Shown: positions 48,482 through 59,294, counted from the first letter of the stretch. The stretch: DNA of 64,000 nt from an uncultured Pseudomonadales bacterium (GCA_964519905.1 CAZFLN010000006.1:4058-68057), one strand, 5' to 3'. A program made the numbers and translations. Notes: generated from the letters alone by a model not told the origin.

Positions 48482-49375
48482 TTATTCCTCAGAAAAAAAC
48501 CGGTGCAAGACTTCTTGGCACAGTTGAAAAGTGTTCCCAGAGAAATCTTTCTTGGGATTCAATTCCACTACATCCATCGACCAAGTGTGATTCTTTTCTT
48601 GCAGTTTTTGTCGGACAAAATCCACTACCGGCCAAATTTCTTCTGGAGAGAGACCTTTTTCATTGGGTGTTCCTGTGCCTGGGGCATATTTTTTTGCAAA
48701 CACATCAATATCGAAGGAAATATGAATGTGTTTGGTTGTGTTAAAAATAGTCTCGAGTCGAGTTTTCCAGATTTCTGGGTTCTTCAATTCCTGGCTGGTA
48801 ATGGGCGGACGATTGTGATGTTTCAGAAAGTTGATTTCTTCTTCCTCCAGCACCGGATTCCCGATAAGCTGATATTTTTGAGGAGAAATTTTATTTGGGA
48901 TGAGCGTGTTGATTTGTGGAAATGAAAACTCATCCAGTACCGCTCGTAACCACATGCCATGGAGGTTGCCACTCGGGCTGGTTTCTGGCTGATGGAGATC
49001 CCCATGAGAATCAAATTGAATGAGTCCAACCGACTCGGCTGGAAAAACGGTGAGCACGCTGGCGACAGTCATGAGACTGATACTGTGATCTCCTCCAAAG
49101 AAAACAGGCGTTGTGTCCGGTTCCCACATCTGGAGAACAGTCTTTTTCCCTTCTCGGTACTCTTCTACTACTGCCTGGAGTGACTGGGAAATGCTCTGCA
49201 GTTCCGTTTTGGGAGGAGAAAAAGCAAGGAGTTTCTTTTTTTCTGCCAAGGAAAATGTTTTAAGAAGCACTTCGGCACCTGTTTCTACTCCAAAGTTATA
49301 TTCTGTTTCGCCCAAAGAAAGGAACTCCATTCCTCGGCGAGATGCCAACCCAAATGCTTGAATTTTTTGTTCCAT
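48482..49375 (-). CDS. arginase/agmatinase/formiminoglutamase-family ureohydrolase
   Basis: GGDHSIS, DSHGD and SFDIDVFAKKYAPGTGTP Mn-binding motifs. Confidence 0.8.
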   Translation of the reverse strand: MEQKIQAFGLASRRGMEFLSLGETEYNFGVETGAEVLLKTFSLAEKKKLLAFSPPKTELQSISQSLQAVVEEYREGKKTVLQMWEPDTTPVFFGGDHSISLMTVASVLTVFPAESVGLIQFDSHGDLHQPETSPSGNLHGMWLRAVLDEFSFPQINTLIPNKISPQKYQLIGNPVLEEEEINFLKHHNRPPITSQELKNPEIWKTRLETIFNTTKHIHISFDIDVFAKKYAPGTGTPNEKGLSPEEIWPVVDFVRQKLQEKNHTWSMDVVELNPKKDFSGNTFQLCQEVLHRFFSEE

Positions 49376-49449
49376 AGTACCTCTGTGCCAAGTCTAGCAC
49401 GCGGAATTTCTTTCTTCATCTTTCGTGTTCTCTTTGGTATTCTGAATAT

Positions 49450-49725
49450 GTGGAGTACCTAATAATACACGAAGAGATATCTGTGGCTGGAGTCTTCTCT
49501 GAGGGGAAATTTTCCCCGACAGCGTTTGTGTGGTCAGGAACAAAATGGCATATTCAGGAGATTACCAGTAAAGTTTTGGAACGAGATGGTGGCGTTCCAC
49601 GTTGTTACTACAGCGTCGTAGCCAAGACTGACCAGCGGACACAAGTGTTTCGATTGCTCTTCCAGAAATGGGCCGAAACATGGTGGATTGAGGAGGTGTG
49701 GGATGAGCCGTTGGCTGCATATTGA
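49450..49725 (+). CDS. hypothetical 91-aa protein upstream of and overlapping dinB
   Basis: ORF only. Confidence 0.3.
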   Translation: MEYLIIHEEISVAGVFSEGKFSPTAFVWSGTKWHIQEITSKVLERDGGVPRCYYSVVAKTDQRTQVFRLLFQKWAETWWIEEVWDEPLAAY

Positions 49726-50938
49726 TATTAATGCTTACTTTGCCACGCTTTTACAGCAAGAAAATCCAGGATTACGGGGAAAACCAATTGGCGTTTTAAA
49801 AAGTGCTGGTCGAACGTGTGTTATCACCGCCTCAAAAGAAGCGAAGGCGCGGGGAGTTCGCACTGGTTGTTCCAAACAGGAAGCTGAGTCACTGGTTCCA
49901 GAAATAATTTTTGTACCGGCGAACTTTCCGATGTGTTTGGATGCGACCAAAGGTCTTCACAAAATTTTTACCGACACCGCGCCAACTGTGGAGATTTTTT
50001 CTTTGGATGAATCCTTTATTGATCTGGCAGATTGTCAGCGCCTCTACCCTTCTGCACGAGCGGTAGCAGAGCAAATCCAGCAAAAAATAAAAGCAGAACT
50101 CGGGGATTGGGTCACGTGTAACATTGGGATTGCCAGGAATCGTTTTCTTGCCAAATTGGCGAGTGAAGTTTCTCCAAAGGGTTCTATCACTGAAATCACG
50201 GACGAAAACCAAGATGATTACCTGAGTTCTGCTGAGTTCTCGAGTGTCTGTGGCATTGGATATCGACTGGAGCAGCGGTTGCGGAAAATGGGAGTGCAGA
50301 ATACGTACCTCATTAATTTTGTTTCGGAAGAAGATTTGTTGGGAGAATTCGGTCCATTTTGGACACAAGAATTGCTGAAAATGGCACGGGGTGACGAACC
50401 CCTTATGCTGGCGCGTGGCAGTGAACCTCCCAAACCGATTCAAAGCATTGGGAGATCTATAACTGGATACCGTTTAAATAGTGATCCAGCGACCACGCGC
50501 CGCATTCTCTACAATTTGTGTGCGGAAGTGATGTATAAAGCGCGTCGGCAAAAAGTGGTTGGGCGGCACGTGAGCGTGTATCTTTCTAATAAGCATGGTC
50601 GTTCTTGGTATCGTCACCAGACGCAATTGACTCCAATTTTTCATCTGGATGAGCTTTTTTCTGTGGTGGAGAAACTCTCTCAGTTAGAGACGAAGCCTTT
50701 TCCAGTTATAAAGTATGCGGTACGAATGAGTTTGTTGCAGTCACAGTACACAACCGTAGAGCCACTGTGGGAAGATTGGCAGCGACAAGAAAAGGTGGCA
50801 CAAGCACTTGATACACTTACTCAAAAATATGGCTTGTACAGTGTTCGATCTGGTGTGATGATGGACCGAGAAACACTGATTCGTCCAGAGGTAACTGGGT
50901 ATCTAGGCGATAAAGATTTTCAGATGAATCTGACCTGA
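49703..50938 (+). CDS. dinB: Y-family DNA polymerase IV
   Basis: LHIDINAYFATL and SLDESFIDL motifs. Confidence 0.8.
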   Translation: MSRWLHIDINAYFATLLQQENPGLRGKPIGVLKSAGRTCVITASKEAKARGVRTGCSKQEAESLVPEIIFVPANFPMCLDATKGLHKIFTDTAPTVEIFSLDESFIDLADCQRLYPSARAVAEQIQQKIKAELGDWVTCNIGIARNRFLAKLASEVSPKGSITEITDENQDDYLSSAEFSSVCGIGYRLEQRLRKMGVQNTYLINFVSEEDLLGEFGPFWTQELLKMARGDEPLMLARGSEPPKPIQSIGRSITGYRLNSDPATTRRILYNLCAEVMYKARRQKVVGRHVSVYLSNKHGRSWYRHQTQLTPIFHLDELFSVVEKLSQLETKPFPVIKYAVRMSLLQSQYTTVEPLWEDWQRQEKVAQALDTLTQKYGLYSVRSGVMMDRETLIRPEVTGYLGDKDFQMNLT

Positions 50939-50941
50939 TCT

Positions 50942-52759
50942 TTACCAGCTCCCGCCGCCACCACCACCGCCACCGCCGCCAGATGATCCTCCTCCACCAC
51001 TCCAGCCAGATGATGAACTCGATGGGGCAGAAAACCCAGCTTTGGATTGTGAACGAAAAGAGTTGACTAAGCTTTGTTGCATCAGTCCGTTTTGAACGAG
51101 TGCTTGGGCATATTCTGGGGGTTTGAGGTGCAGGTCTTTGAGGTCTTTCGTAAGTTGTCTCACAACTCCAAATGCGACCGCGAACGGAAGGACTTCTTCC
51201 ACAAAAAGGTTTTTTTCCTTAATTTCTTCTCGCCACTTCCCGCGTGAGATTGTTTGACTCAGACCTTTCATCTTCCAGGCAAGATTACTTCCGACTGCTG
51301 TTCGGCTTGGCATCGCCCAAGCACAAGCAAGGGAGAGACCAGTCGAAAATATGAAGAGTGGCCAAAGAAGCATGGGAACAAATGGCGACAAAGCATTGAG
51401 TGCGCCAACCAGAATCACGGCATTGACTCCAATTGCAGCGAATATCCAGCCGGTTCGTATATAACTGGTTCGTCCTTGGATGAGATTTTTTTCTACGAGC
51501 TGCTTTTCGATCTCTTGTCCAACTTTGTGCATTGTCATGGAAAGCTTTCCACTCAAATCTTTGAGTGAAACTTCGTCTCCCGTAGCAAAAATTCCATCGA
51601 GAAGGACTTGTTGTGCGGCAGAGATTTTCTGCTTGGTATTTATTTTTTTCTTGAACCAGTACTCATTCTTCTTTCGTCGTTCGATGGTGAGAAGTTTTTT
51701 TCTGGCTAAATCAAGAATCTCAGCCGTCACCGCTTCTTGAGAAAATTGTTCTTGGACAAGGAAACTTGCTTCGCCAGGAGTCAGCTCTTTGGGTGGTTCG
51801 TAGATGAATGGAACCGTCGGCAAGTTCCAGGGCCAGTACTGTTTTTGCTCCCCAGAAGTGTTGGGAGTATGAATATTTCCACCATACCACCAGTCGCGAC
51901 CTTTCTTTCTGTAAGCATTTACAAAGAAAAGAACTGGGCCAATGGCAAAGAAGAGTGCCCAGTTATCTTTGAGCCACCATACCCAAGTTTGCAGTGGCGT
52001 GGGAGCTTGGACTGGTCCAGATGAATCAAGAGAAATTTGAGCGGTGACATTGTCTCCAAAGTAGATTGTTTTTGGATACGTGAGTTCAGCTGTTTTTCCT
52101 GAAGCAGTAATAGTACATAAGAAGTTATTTTTTCCATACGCACCAGAGAAACACTCAGCCAGAGTGATCTCGTTTGGACTGGTAATTGTGGCAGAGGTGG
52201 AAAAGACAGGAATGCGCCAGCTTTCTCCTACAATGTCCCAGTACAACTGTGGTGTTTCTGGAGAGTCGCTGTGAGCTTGAATAGCATGATCGACTCTATA
52301 CGAAATCGTATAGGTTTTTGGTCCAGTAAAGGTGGTGATTGGGTCACCGATCTTGAGAGTCAAGAACGCCCCATCGGCTGTTTGCTCAACCGGTACCGAT
52401 CGACCATCTGCCCGGACTCGCACGTCTCGTACCTGTGCAGTAAATCGCCATCCGTCGCGGTTGTAACGGAAGGGAATTTGGCGGTAAATGCCATGACGGG
52501 GACTTGGGGCAAAGAATTCAAGTGTTTCGGTAATGATGATGTCGCCATTTTCCTGAATTTGTATATCACTGTGGAAAGAGTGAATACCTTCTTGGAGTGA
52601 GACGGTATCTTCGGTGTTTGATTGCGCGTTGATTTGGTTTGCGTGTGTGAGTGGAACTATTGTAAAAATCACTGCCAAAATCAGGTACAATGCGGTGGTA
52701 TGACAACCTCGGCACACTTGAGCGATTTGGCGGAACAGATTTGGAAAGAACTGGATCAT
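50942..52759 (-). CDS. DUF2207-like membrane protein with C-terminal poly-Gly/Ser tail
   Basis: signal peptide, central TM helices, SSSSSGWSGGGGSSGGGGGGGGGGSW C-terminus; the annotated Met start overlaps nrnA head-to-head by about 60 nt; an internal GTG/TTG start is possible. Confidence 0.6.
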   Translation of the reverse strand: MIQFFPNLFRQIAQVCRGCHTTALYLILAVIFTIVPLTHANQINAQSNTEDTVSLQEGIHSFHSDIQIQENGDIIITETLEFFAPSPRHGIYRQIPFRYNRDGWRFTAQVRDVRVRADGRSVPVEQTADGAFLTLKIGDPITTFTGPKTYTISYRVDHAIQAHSDSPETPQLYWDIVGESWRIPVFSTSATITSPNEITLAECFSGAYGKNNFLCTITASGKTAELTYPKTIYFGDNVTAQISLDSSGPVQAPTPLQTWVWWLKDNWALFFAIGPVLFFVNAYRKKGRDWWYGGNIHTPNTSGEQKQYWPWNLPTVPFIYEPPKELTPGEASFLVQEQFSQEAVTAEILDLARKKLLTIERRKKNEYWFKKKINTKQKISAAQQVLLDGIFATGDEVSLKDLSGKLSMTMHKVGQEIEKQLVEKNLIQGRTSYIRTGWIFAAIGVNAVILVGALNALSPFVPMLLWPLFIFSTGLSLACAWAMPSRTAVGSNLAWKMKGLSQTISRGKWREEIKEKNLFVEEVLPFAVAFGVVRQLTKDLKDLHLKPPEYAQALVQNGLMQQSLVNSFRSQSKAGFSAPSSSSSGWSGGGGSSGGGGGGGGGGSW

Positions 52760-53719
52760 GCTGACTCTATTCTACTGCATTTTCATCCAAATCCGGATGG
52801 CGATAGCATGGGCTCAGCGCTCGGTTTAGCGCATGTATTGCGTGATTCTGGAAAGGCGGTCACGGTTATTGCTGGCGATTCTTTGATTCCAGAGTATTTG
52901 CGCCATCTTCCGGGTGTTGAGTTGGTGCAGGAGATTCCTTTTACCTCGGTAGATCAAACTCAGTTTGATCTGTTTGTTATTCTGGATAGTGCCTCTAAAG
53001 ATCAAATTTCCAAACAAAGTGAGGTGGAGTTTTCTCCTTCTTTGCGTACCATTGTGGTTGATCATCACGCCACAAATACTGGCTACGCTGATATAAACTG
53101 GATTGACTCTTCTGCTCCAGCCACGGCCCAATTGGTGACTGAACTTGTTACTTTGAAAGACCTTTCCATTTCTACCGCGGCGGCAACTTGTTTGCTGGTT
53201 GGTCTGTACACCGATACTGGTGGATTTCAGTATCCGCCAACTGGTCCAAGAACCTTTGCGGCTGCCGCCACACTGGCTGCTGTTGCTCCAGAGTATCACC
53301 AAGCTATTTTCCCAATTCACAATCAGTTGAGTCCGCACAACGTGCAGTATCAAGGATTGGCGTTGCGGAATATTCAGTTGTTCCCACTTCCAGATGGAAA
53401 GCAGCTCGCTCTCTCGGTAGTTTCGGCGCAGGAGCGTTTAGAGGCTGGAATCACTCCGGAATTTGCAGACAAGAGTCATATTGCCAATATCCTGAAATCA
53501 GTTGTTGGTTGGGATGTAGCGGTTGGTGTGGTCGAGATTGAGCCCGGAAACGTCAAAGCCAGTTTCCGCACTCGGAATACTAAGCAGTACCATGTTGGGA
53601 ACATTGCTGCGAGTTTAGGGGGCGGTGGACATGCAGCAGCAGCAGGTTTGTCTCTGCAGGATTCTCTCCCAGAGACAGTGCAAAAGATTGTGCAAGCTGT
53701 TCAGGAGTATGTTTCCTGA
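52700..53719 (+). CDS. nrnA: DHH-family phosphoesterase (NrnA-like oligoribonuclease / pAp phosphatase)
   Basis: HFHPNPDGDSMGS, VVDHHAT (DHH) and GGGGHAAAAG (DHHA1) motifs. Confidence 0.8.
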   Translation: MTTSAHLSDLAEQIWKELDHADSILLHFHPNPDGDSMGSALGLAHVLRDSGKAVTVIAGDSLIPEYLRHLPGVELVQEIPFTSVDQTQFDLFVILDSASKDQISKQSEVEFSPSLRTIVVDHHATNTGYADINWIDSSAPATAQLVTELVTLKDLSISTAAATCLLVGLYTDTGGFQYPPTGPRTFAAAATLAAVAPEYHQAIFPIHNQLSPHNVQYQGLALRNIQLFPLPDGKQLALSVVSAQERLEAGITPEFADKSHIANILKSVVGWDVAVGVVEIEPGNVKASFRTRNTKQYHVGNIAASLGGGGHAAAAGLSLQDSLPETVQKIVQAVQEYVS

Positions 53720-54198
53720 TTTTTTACGTGTCGTCTAGAGATACATCTCCAAGCCGCCACACTGCTGAGCCCTAACATTCCGCCGAGAACGTTGAGCAGA
53801 ATATCATCTATGTCACTGGCTCCAATATGGAGAAAGTACTGCAGTATCTCAACAGTCAGACTTAAAAAAATCATGAGTACCAGATGCCGCCAGTATGGGA
53901 CGGCACGACAAATGGCTGGCAAGAGTATCCCGAGCGGAAGAAACAACAGAATGTTCCCCAGAATATTATTGAGTATTACAGTCTGAGAAACACTCGTTGC
54001 TCGCCAGTAGTTTCGGATGGTTCGAAACGGTTCAAGGTTTATGCCTTGATACGTGGTTCGCTCTTGGATCAGCAGCTCAGCAGGAGAAACATATGCCAGA
54101 AGCGTAGCGGTAATAAAGAGCACGAAGTACAGTCCAAGCAGGAGCGGGAGTGCTCGTCTCCAGAGCTGAACACTTTTTGGAGACGAAGAAACAGTCAT
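53701..54198 (-). CDS. VanZ-family membrane protein
   Basis: VanZ-like GASDIDDILLNVLGGMLG and four TM segments. Confidence 0.7.
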   Translation of the reverse strand: MTVSSSPKSVQLWRRALPLLLGLYFVLFITATLLAYVSPAELLIQERTTYQGINLEPFRTIRNYWRATSVSQTVILNNILGNILLFLPLGILLPAICRAVPYWRHLVLMIFLSLTVEILQYFLHIGASDIDDILLNVLGGMLGLSSVAAWRCISRRHVKNQETYS

Positions 54199-54226
54199 GC
54201 TGATTTTTTGCTTCTGTGCAAACAGA

Positions 54227-54760
54227 TTAGAAAGTCAGTTCCATGAATCGCACCGTGGTTGGTGGCTGGAAAGTACTATCTGGAAGAGACTCAAACGTAC
54301 AGCTGATCTGCTCTTTTACCTTTTCCATTTCCTCGATTTCTTCTTCAGTTAAGTCTGAAAGATTAAAGGGATCATTGTCTGAGTCTGAATCAGTATCTGA
54401 ACCTTCAGTTTCATACTCTACAACCGGCATCTTTATGCCTGTCTCTTCCCCACTACTCCAGATATAGGTAAACTCCCCGTCGGTGAGGATATTGGCCGTT
54501 TCGTTGAGCTCAGGGTCGACGGAAGAAATAAACTGTTTCTTTCCACTCGACTTGAATTCGGCATCACCATCTTCTGAGCGGATGGTACAAGAGATATCAT
54601 TTCCTGCCTGCAGTGCGGCATAAATTCGGCTCTGGCCAACAATGTTGTCTCCCGTTGCTTCTTGGGATTGTCCGAGACCAGGAACATTTGCAGGGATGCA
54701 AGCCGTGAGTAAAACTCCAGAGAAAATGGTGAGTGCAGTGAGGGAAATTCGATGTAACAT
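54227..54760 (-). CDS. lipoprotein, acidic; unknown function
   Basis: lipobox LLTAC after a signal peptide. Confidence 0.5.
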   Translation of the reverse strand: MLHRISLTALTIFSGVLLTACIPANVPGLGQSQEATGDNIVGQSRIYAALQAGNDISCTIRSEDGDAEFKSSGKKQFISSVDPELNETANILTDGEFTYIWSSGEETGIKMPVVEYETEGSDTDSDSDNDPFNLSDLTEEEIEEMEKVKEQISCTFESLPDSTFQPPTTVRFMELTF

Positions 54761-55108
54761 GAACGGCTCCTTTTTGGTATGAGTCGACCCCCAATTTTGA
54801 GGGCTGTATTGGTTATAGCGTGTTGAGCAGATATTTGCAATGCGGTTGGAGAGCGAGTGCGTTGATGGTGCACCTATTGTACCAAAATTGGAACACCTTA
54901 CTTGAGTACCTGAGGAAACTTACTGAAACTGTCTCACGATGGTTCGATGTGCCAGTCCCTGCCTACCAGATTTCGGTCTAAATTATTCCACCTTAGAGGG
55001 AATAGAACATTGTTAGATGCGACAAATTCTTCGGGTTATTTTATAATCAAAGTATATAAAACGGAAGATGAAAATAGAGACTTCCGTCCCAATTTGGATT
55101 GAAACACA

Positions 55109-58018
55109 ATGGCAAAATATGATTTTCTAACACCAGATGGACATAAACCAATACGAGAAGTTCGTGCCGAGTTATTACAGCCATCTACGTGGAATGGTCC
55201 AAAACTTACTGAAGATGACGTAGACGCAGTAATTGAGCTGTTTTGGTTCCGTGATGCTCACGCTGCATTTATTTCTAAGGAAGAGATTTATCCTAAGTTT
55301 CTTGAATTCCTAAAAGAAAGAAAAGGTAAGAGCTTTAGGAGAGTTGATTTTTATGACTACCTTTTCTCGAGTCACCCACTTTACAAAGAGATACTCACAC
55401 TTGCTTATATTTTTGAAGAAGGAATGAGTGACAAGATTCCAGAGCAAGAATATCAAGAACTTGAGAAAAGACTTTCATTACACACAGGTCAATTAGTTTC
55501 AGAGCATATTTTGTACATAGATGAAGAAAACGCCATCCTTTCTCACCATACTATTTCCGAATACTTCGTTTCTCGAGATTTATTGACAAAAAAGAGTCCA
55601 CTTGAAGAATTAGAAAAGTTAGCAGTTATTGATGTTCCACAAACTGGAGAGCGCTATTTCAATCCTTCGTGGTATGGGGTCGTTTATTTCTTACTCGACT
55701 CAGAGATAACTCCTAGGCTTGTAGATTTTTTTACTAGTTTGGCTGACACAAATAAAAAAGTTGTTGACCAGAATTACTCTGAAATACTCTCCCACTCTAA
55801 TCTTGACTTACTTACCACTAAGCAAAGAAAAAAACTTTTCAATCAAATTTACACAAACTCGAAAGAGTCTGGCATTTGGATTTCAGAATGGGCAGTTGCT
55901 GGTCTGGTAAACCTTTATTCTAATGAAAGTACAGAAACTCTAGAAAGAGATTTAGTTGATGAACCTAGTGAATTTCCTGACATTCTCAAAACAGCGAACG
56001 TTGTTGCTGTAATGGGAGCATTACTTGAGGAAAAAAGGATAATTGATAAAGAAACCAAAAACCGTTGGAAAGATATTTTTATCAAATATGCAACTCAAAA
56101 AATTGGCAATGGAGTTCTACAACGGCGTAGTCTAAAAGCACTAGAGAGTTTTGATGATGAATCAATTATTGACCAAGTAAAGTCGTCATTTGACTTTACA
56201 AATGAAGGAGTACTAGAACAGTTCGTTCAGGAGGCATTCCTTCGTCTCTGCTATGAAATAGCACCAAATCATCCAACAACTATTGAGTACGTTATTAGAG
56301 GTTTTGACTCTCAAGCTCGTGCTTATGCCTGGTTTGGTTTGCAAAAAATAACTAACCTTGATTCAATCCTAAAATTTCTCGAGCAGCTAAGTAATGACTC
56401 AAAGTTACTAGACTTATTTTTGGATGATGAGAGTATTTTTTTGAAAAGCGATGAAGATGACGAAGAGGAGAAAGCATTCTTGCAGAGAGTAAGAGAGTTG
56501 GCTAACTCTGAAAAATTAGAGGAATTTTTGTCTATTGCTGCCAATCTAATTGTGGAAGCTTGCGATGTTCAACGCTATTACTACATTCAAAAGAAAACAT
56601 TTGTTCCCACTGTCTTGGAAACGGCGTTAGCAGCTGAACCAGATTTTTGGAGACGATTACTTACAGCAGAACCTGGTGAAAAAAGAAACCGTGAACACTT
56701 CAACCTCATTCATTTATTAGCCTCTGTGACCAATGAAAATAACTGTCAAAGTATCAGTGGTGGTATCAGAGAACTCAAACCAGATTTATTTGATAAATAT
56801 GTTTACAACATCCCTGTGAAGCAAGTAAGGGACAAGCTTATTGAAGAGCATTCTTTGAAGCCTATTGAGACAAGAGATTGGGAGAAGGAAGAAGCTGATA
56901 GAAAGCAAAAATTTATTGATGATTTCAACTTCAAGTTAGAACCAGAACCAAAGCAGTACATTACAGACGTTTTTGATTATTATTTACGTAATAAAAAAGA
57001 AATTGGAGAGCTTACTGTAAAGCAACGAGAAAGACTACTCTTCTTAGCATATGAAGACGGAGTCAAACGACTCAATCCCCGTGATTTTACATTGAAAATA
57101 AATAAATATGGCGACGGGAAGAATTTTTCCTGGTCTAGGCAAGCCCAGTTTTATGGGGATATGGTGAGAGTTGTTCGAGAGCTTGAACCACAACTCCTAG
57201 AAAACTGCAAACAGCAGCTGATTGACTTCATTCCTTTTGCATTCAGCGATGATGCCTCGACAATCAAGGAAGTTGTAGACCGAGTAGGTGAAGAAGAGAT
57301 TGCTTACCTCAATGAAGTGTTTTCTGACGAGGAAAATGATAGACGCTACTTGATGCCTAGCTCCTACATTTACTTCGTCCGTGATATGAAAAAGAAGGGA
57401 TGTGAACTTACTACTCCCAAAGAGGTTTTGAAATCATTTATTGGCGATGAGAAAATAAGTGAATATGACCAGAGTTCGGCTTTAGAAACCCTTGAATACT
57501 TTATAAACCAATCAGACCAGGATACTAAGCAATTTCTAAAGGAAATTGAAGGCAAGGAAGATAAAAGACTATCAGAAGAGGCAAATGCTCTTCTTATCAA
57601 GATATTCAAAGATAATGATTCGATTGATTGGAGATTCTCCAGTCTCAGGAAGTTTGCGGTACCTGTAAAACCTCATCGTAGTGGTGAAGTTTACAGTGTA
57701 GCTTTCCCAGAAGAAGAGTTTATTAGTCGTCCATTTATTTCCCCGCTGGTAGATGTTGGGAGTCCTAAATTGGCTAGCAAATTTATAAACCTTCTTGATT
57801 TTAGTTTCGAATTTTCTCAAGAGAAAGATTCTGAACAATTTTGTGAGTATGTAAATAGGTCTGTTTTAGCTTATTTTGAGAAAATAGCTAAACCAGAAAA
57901 TTATAAACTCTTTCTAGAATTAGAGGAAAAAGTCCAAAATAGTGAAAGTATTTTTTGGAAATACCATCTGCCCAATCTACGCATTCTTTATTTGAATAGG
58001 AAGGTGAGCAATGCCTAG
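55109..58018 (+). CDS. 969-aa alpha-helical repeat protein of unknown function
   Basis: long ORF in the AT-rich block; no NTPase or nuclease motif seen. Confidence 0.55.
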   Translation: MAKYDFLTPDGHKPIREVRAELLQPSTWNGPKLTEDDVDAVIELFWFRDAHAAFISKEEIYPKFLEFLKERKGKSFRRVDFYDYLFSSHPLYKEILTLAYIFEEGMSDKIPEQEYQELEKRLSLHTGQLVSEHILYIDEENAILSHHTISEYFVSRDLLTKKSPLEELEKLAVIDVPQTGERYFNPSWYGVVYFLLDSEITPRLVDFFTSLADTNKKVVDQNYSEILSHSNLDLLTTKQRKKLFNQIYTNSKESGIWISEWAVAGLVNLYSNESTETLERDLVDEPSEFPDILKTANVVAVMGALLEEKRIIDKETKNRWKDIFIKYATQKIGNGVLQRRSLKALESFDDESIIDQVKSSFDFTNEGVLEQFVQEAFLRLCYEIAPNHPTTIEYVIRGFDSQARAYAWFGLQKITNLDSILKFLEQLSNDSKLLDLFLDDESIFLKSDEDDEEEKAFLQRVRELANSEKLEEFLSIAANLIVEACDVQRYYYIQKKTFVPTVLETALAAEPDFWRRLLTAEPGEKRNREHFNLIHLLASVTNENNCQSISGGIRELKPDLFDKYVYNIPVKQVRDKLIEEHSLKPIETRDWEKEEADRKQKFIDDFNFKLEPEPKQYITDVFDYYLRNKKEIGELTVKQRERLLFLAYEDGVKRLNPRDFTLKINKYGDGKNFSWSRQAQFYGDMVRVVRELEPQLLENCKQQLIDFIPFAFSDDASTIKEVVDRVGEEEIAYLNEVFSDEENDRRYLMPSSYIYFVRDMKKKGCELTTPKEVLKSFIGDEKISEYDQSSALETLEYFINQSDQDTKQFLKEIEGKEDKRLSEEANALLIKIFKDNDSIDWRFSSLRKFAVPVKPHRSGEVYSVAFPEEEFISRPFISPLVDVGSPKLASKFINLLDFSFEFSQEKDSEQFCEYVNRSVLAYFEKIAKPENYKLFLELEEKVQNSESIFWKYHLPNLRILYLNRKVSNA

Positions 58019-58877
58019 TCTCACCTCTAAACCTTCTGGAGAGCAACAAGACTATGATTTTCTGGTTTCACCAGATGTACCTGAAAGAGTTCGCTTAGCA
58101 AAAGAAAAAATCTTTGAATCATCTTCTTCAATTTTTGAAAAGATGAGTTCAATCTTCTTTATTATTTCTGAGGGATACTTGAGAGAGCTTCCACACGAGA
58201 TAGAACATTCGTTACTTGTGTGCAACTTAGTAACCCGTACTGAGCGTGGTTATGAGATAAACAAGGTAAATGGCCTCACTAGTCCTTTTTACGTTTCATT
58301 TACAGAGGTTGCTTATTTAGCAGCTGTATTTCAACCTTGTCTTTCCAGCTCAGAATACAGAGGTTTGATTGATTTTGATACAAGTCTCAACGGAGATAGT
58401 TTTTTTCTGAATAAAGACGAAATTGATAGGCTCAACTTAGTTGCTTTTATGGAGGTGCTTGGAATACTGAAAGTTGAAAAAGTATCTGGCATTAGAAAAA
58501 AGTGTGTTTTTTCGGAGGTAGGCAAACAATTTCTTAGTGAAATTAGAAATTATAAAGGTCCTGAAACAAAGGCTGAAATTATTTCTGAGCAAAGCAGTGT
58601 GGATGAAGTAGTAGAAGTTACTCAGACTTCATCTCCACCTGTGCCAAAATCAAAAAATAAGAATTTGGTAATGCAGGTTCTGCTATGGGGGAAGAACCAG
58701 GTTTGGGATAGTTTCAACGCATCAATAAAAATAGTACTAATTTCTGGATTTTTACTTACATTTGCAATGCTATTTATCTTCGTTATAAAACCTCATATTG
58801 GGCAAGGACAAATTGATTACTGGAAACCTAAAGTTGATGCGGCATATTCCTTTGTTGCAAGGCGCCTTTTCCCATAA
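58011..58877 (+). CDS. 288-aa protein with C-terminal TM anchor, translationally coupled to the 969-aa gene
   Basis: 8-nt overlap with the upstream stop; C-terminal helix IVLISGFLLTFAMLFIFVI. Confidence 0.5.
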   Translation: MPSLTSKPSGEQQDYDFLVSPDVPERVRLAKEKIFESSSSIFEKMSSIFFIISEGYLRELPHEIEHSLLVCNLVTRTERGYEINKVNGLTSPFYVSFTEVAYLAAVFQPCLSSSEYRGLIDFDTSLNGDSFFLNKDEIDRLNLVAFMEVLGILKVEKVSGIRKKCVFSEVGKQFLSEIRNYKGPETKAEIISEQSSVDEVVEVTQTSSPPVPKSKNKNLVMQVLLWGKNQVWDSFNASIKIVLISGFLLTFAMLFIFVIKPHIGQGQIDYWKPKVDAAYSFVARRLFP

Positions 58878-58881
58878 GTAT

Positions 58882-59247
58882 ATGTATAACAATCTTATTG
58901 AATATAGAAATGTTGCCATTCCAACTAATGCTTGCTTGCTTACCACAAGATATAGGTGCGGAAAGAAAAGTTGCAAGTGTAACCGTGGTTATCTACACAC
59001 AGCCAATGCTATCAAGTACAGAATTGACTCTGTTCAAAAAATGAAATACGTAAGGCAATCAGACGTTGAACGTGTTCGTAAACTTCTCTATCAAGCTAAA
59101 GGTATTGAGATATTAGAACGTGCAGATAAATACATCTTTTCTATTGCCGCAATGTTTCCAGAGCTAAGCGGTCAAGATATTCACATCAAGGCATACGAAG
59201 TTTTTGGACAACAAAAACAGCTCCCTGTCTTCTCTCCTGCCAACTGA
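58882..59247 (+). CDS. small Cys-cluster (zinc-ribbon-like) protein
   Basis: CGKKSCKCNRGYLH; start at MYNNLIE just after the upstream stop. Confidence 0.35.
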   Translation: MYNNLIEYRNVAIPTNACLLTTRYRCGKKSCKCNRGYLHTANAIKYRIDSVQKMKYVRQSDVERVRKLLYQAKGIEILERADKYIFSIAAMFPELSGQDIHIKAYEVFGQQKQLPVFSPAN

Positions 59248-59294
59248 TGATTGAAATAGCCCTGTTGTGGTATATCAGATAAAATGAATACCAG

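Noticed and set aside
50942-51000. GC-rich trinucleotide tract (ccgccgccaccacc...) as a possible repeat element or CRISPR-like feature
   Set aside because: It is the coding sequence of a poly-Gly C-terminal tail of the DUF2207 protein; no spacer/repeat periodicity.
54900-54960. GGTTCGAT T-loop-like motif suggesting a tRNA at the left edge of the AT-rich block
   Set aside because: No acceptor, D or anticodon stems can be built on either strand.
55000-55010. gggaatagaac 11-mer shared with 14129-14139 as a possible att core of the right-hand element
   Set aside because: A single 11-mer match is expected by chance in 64 kb; no flanking similarity.
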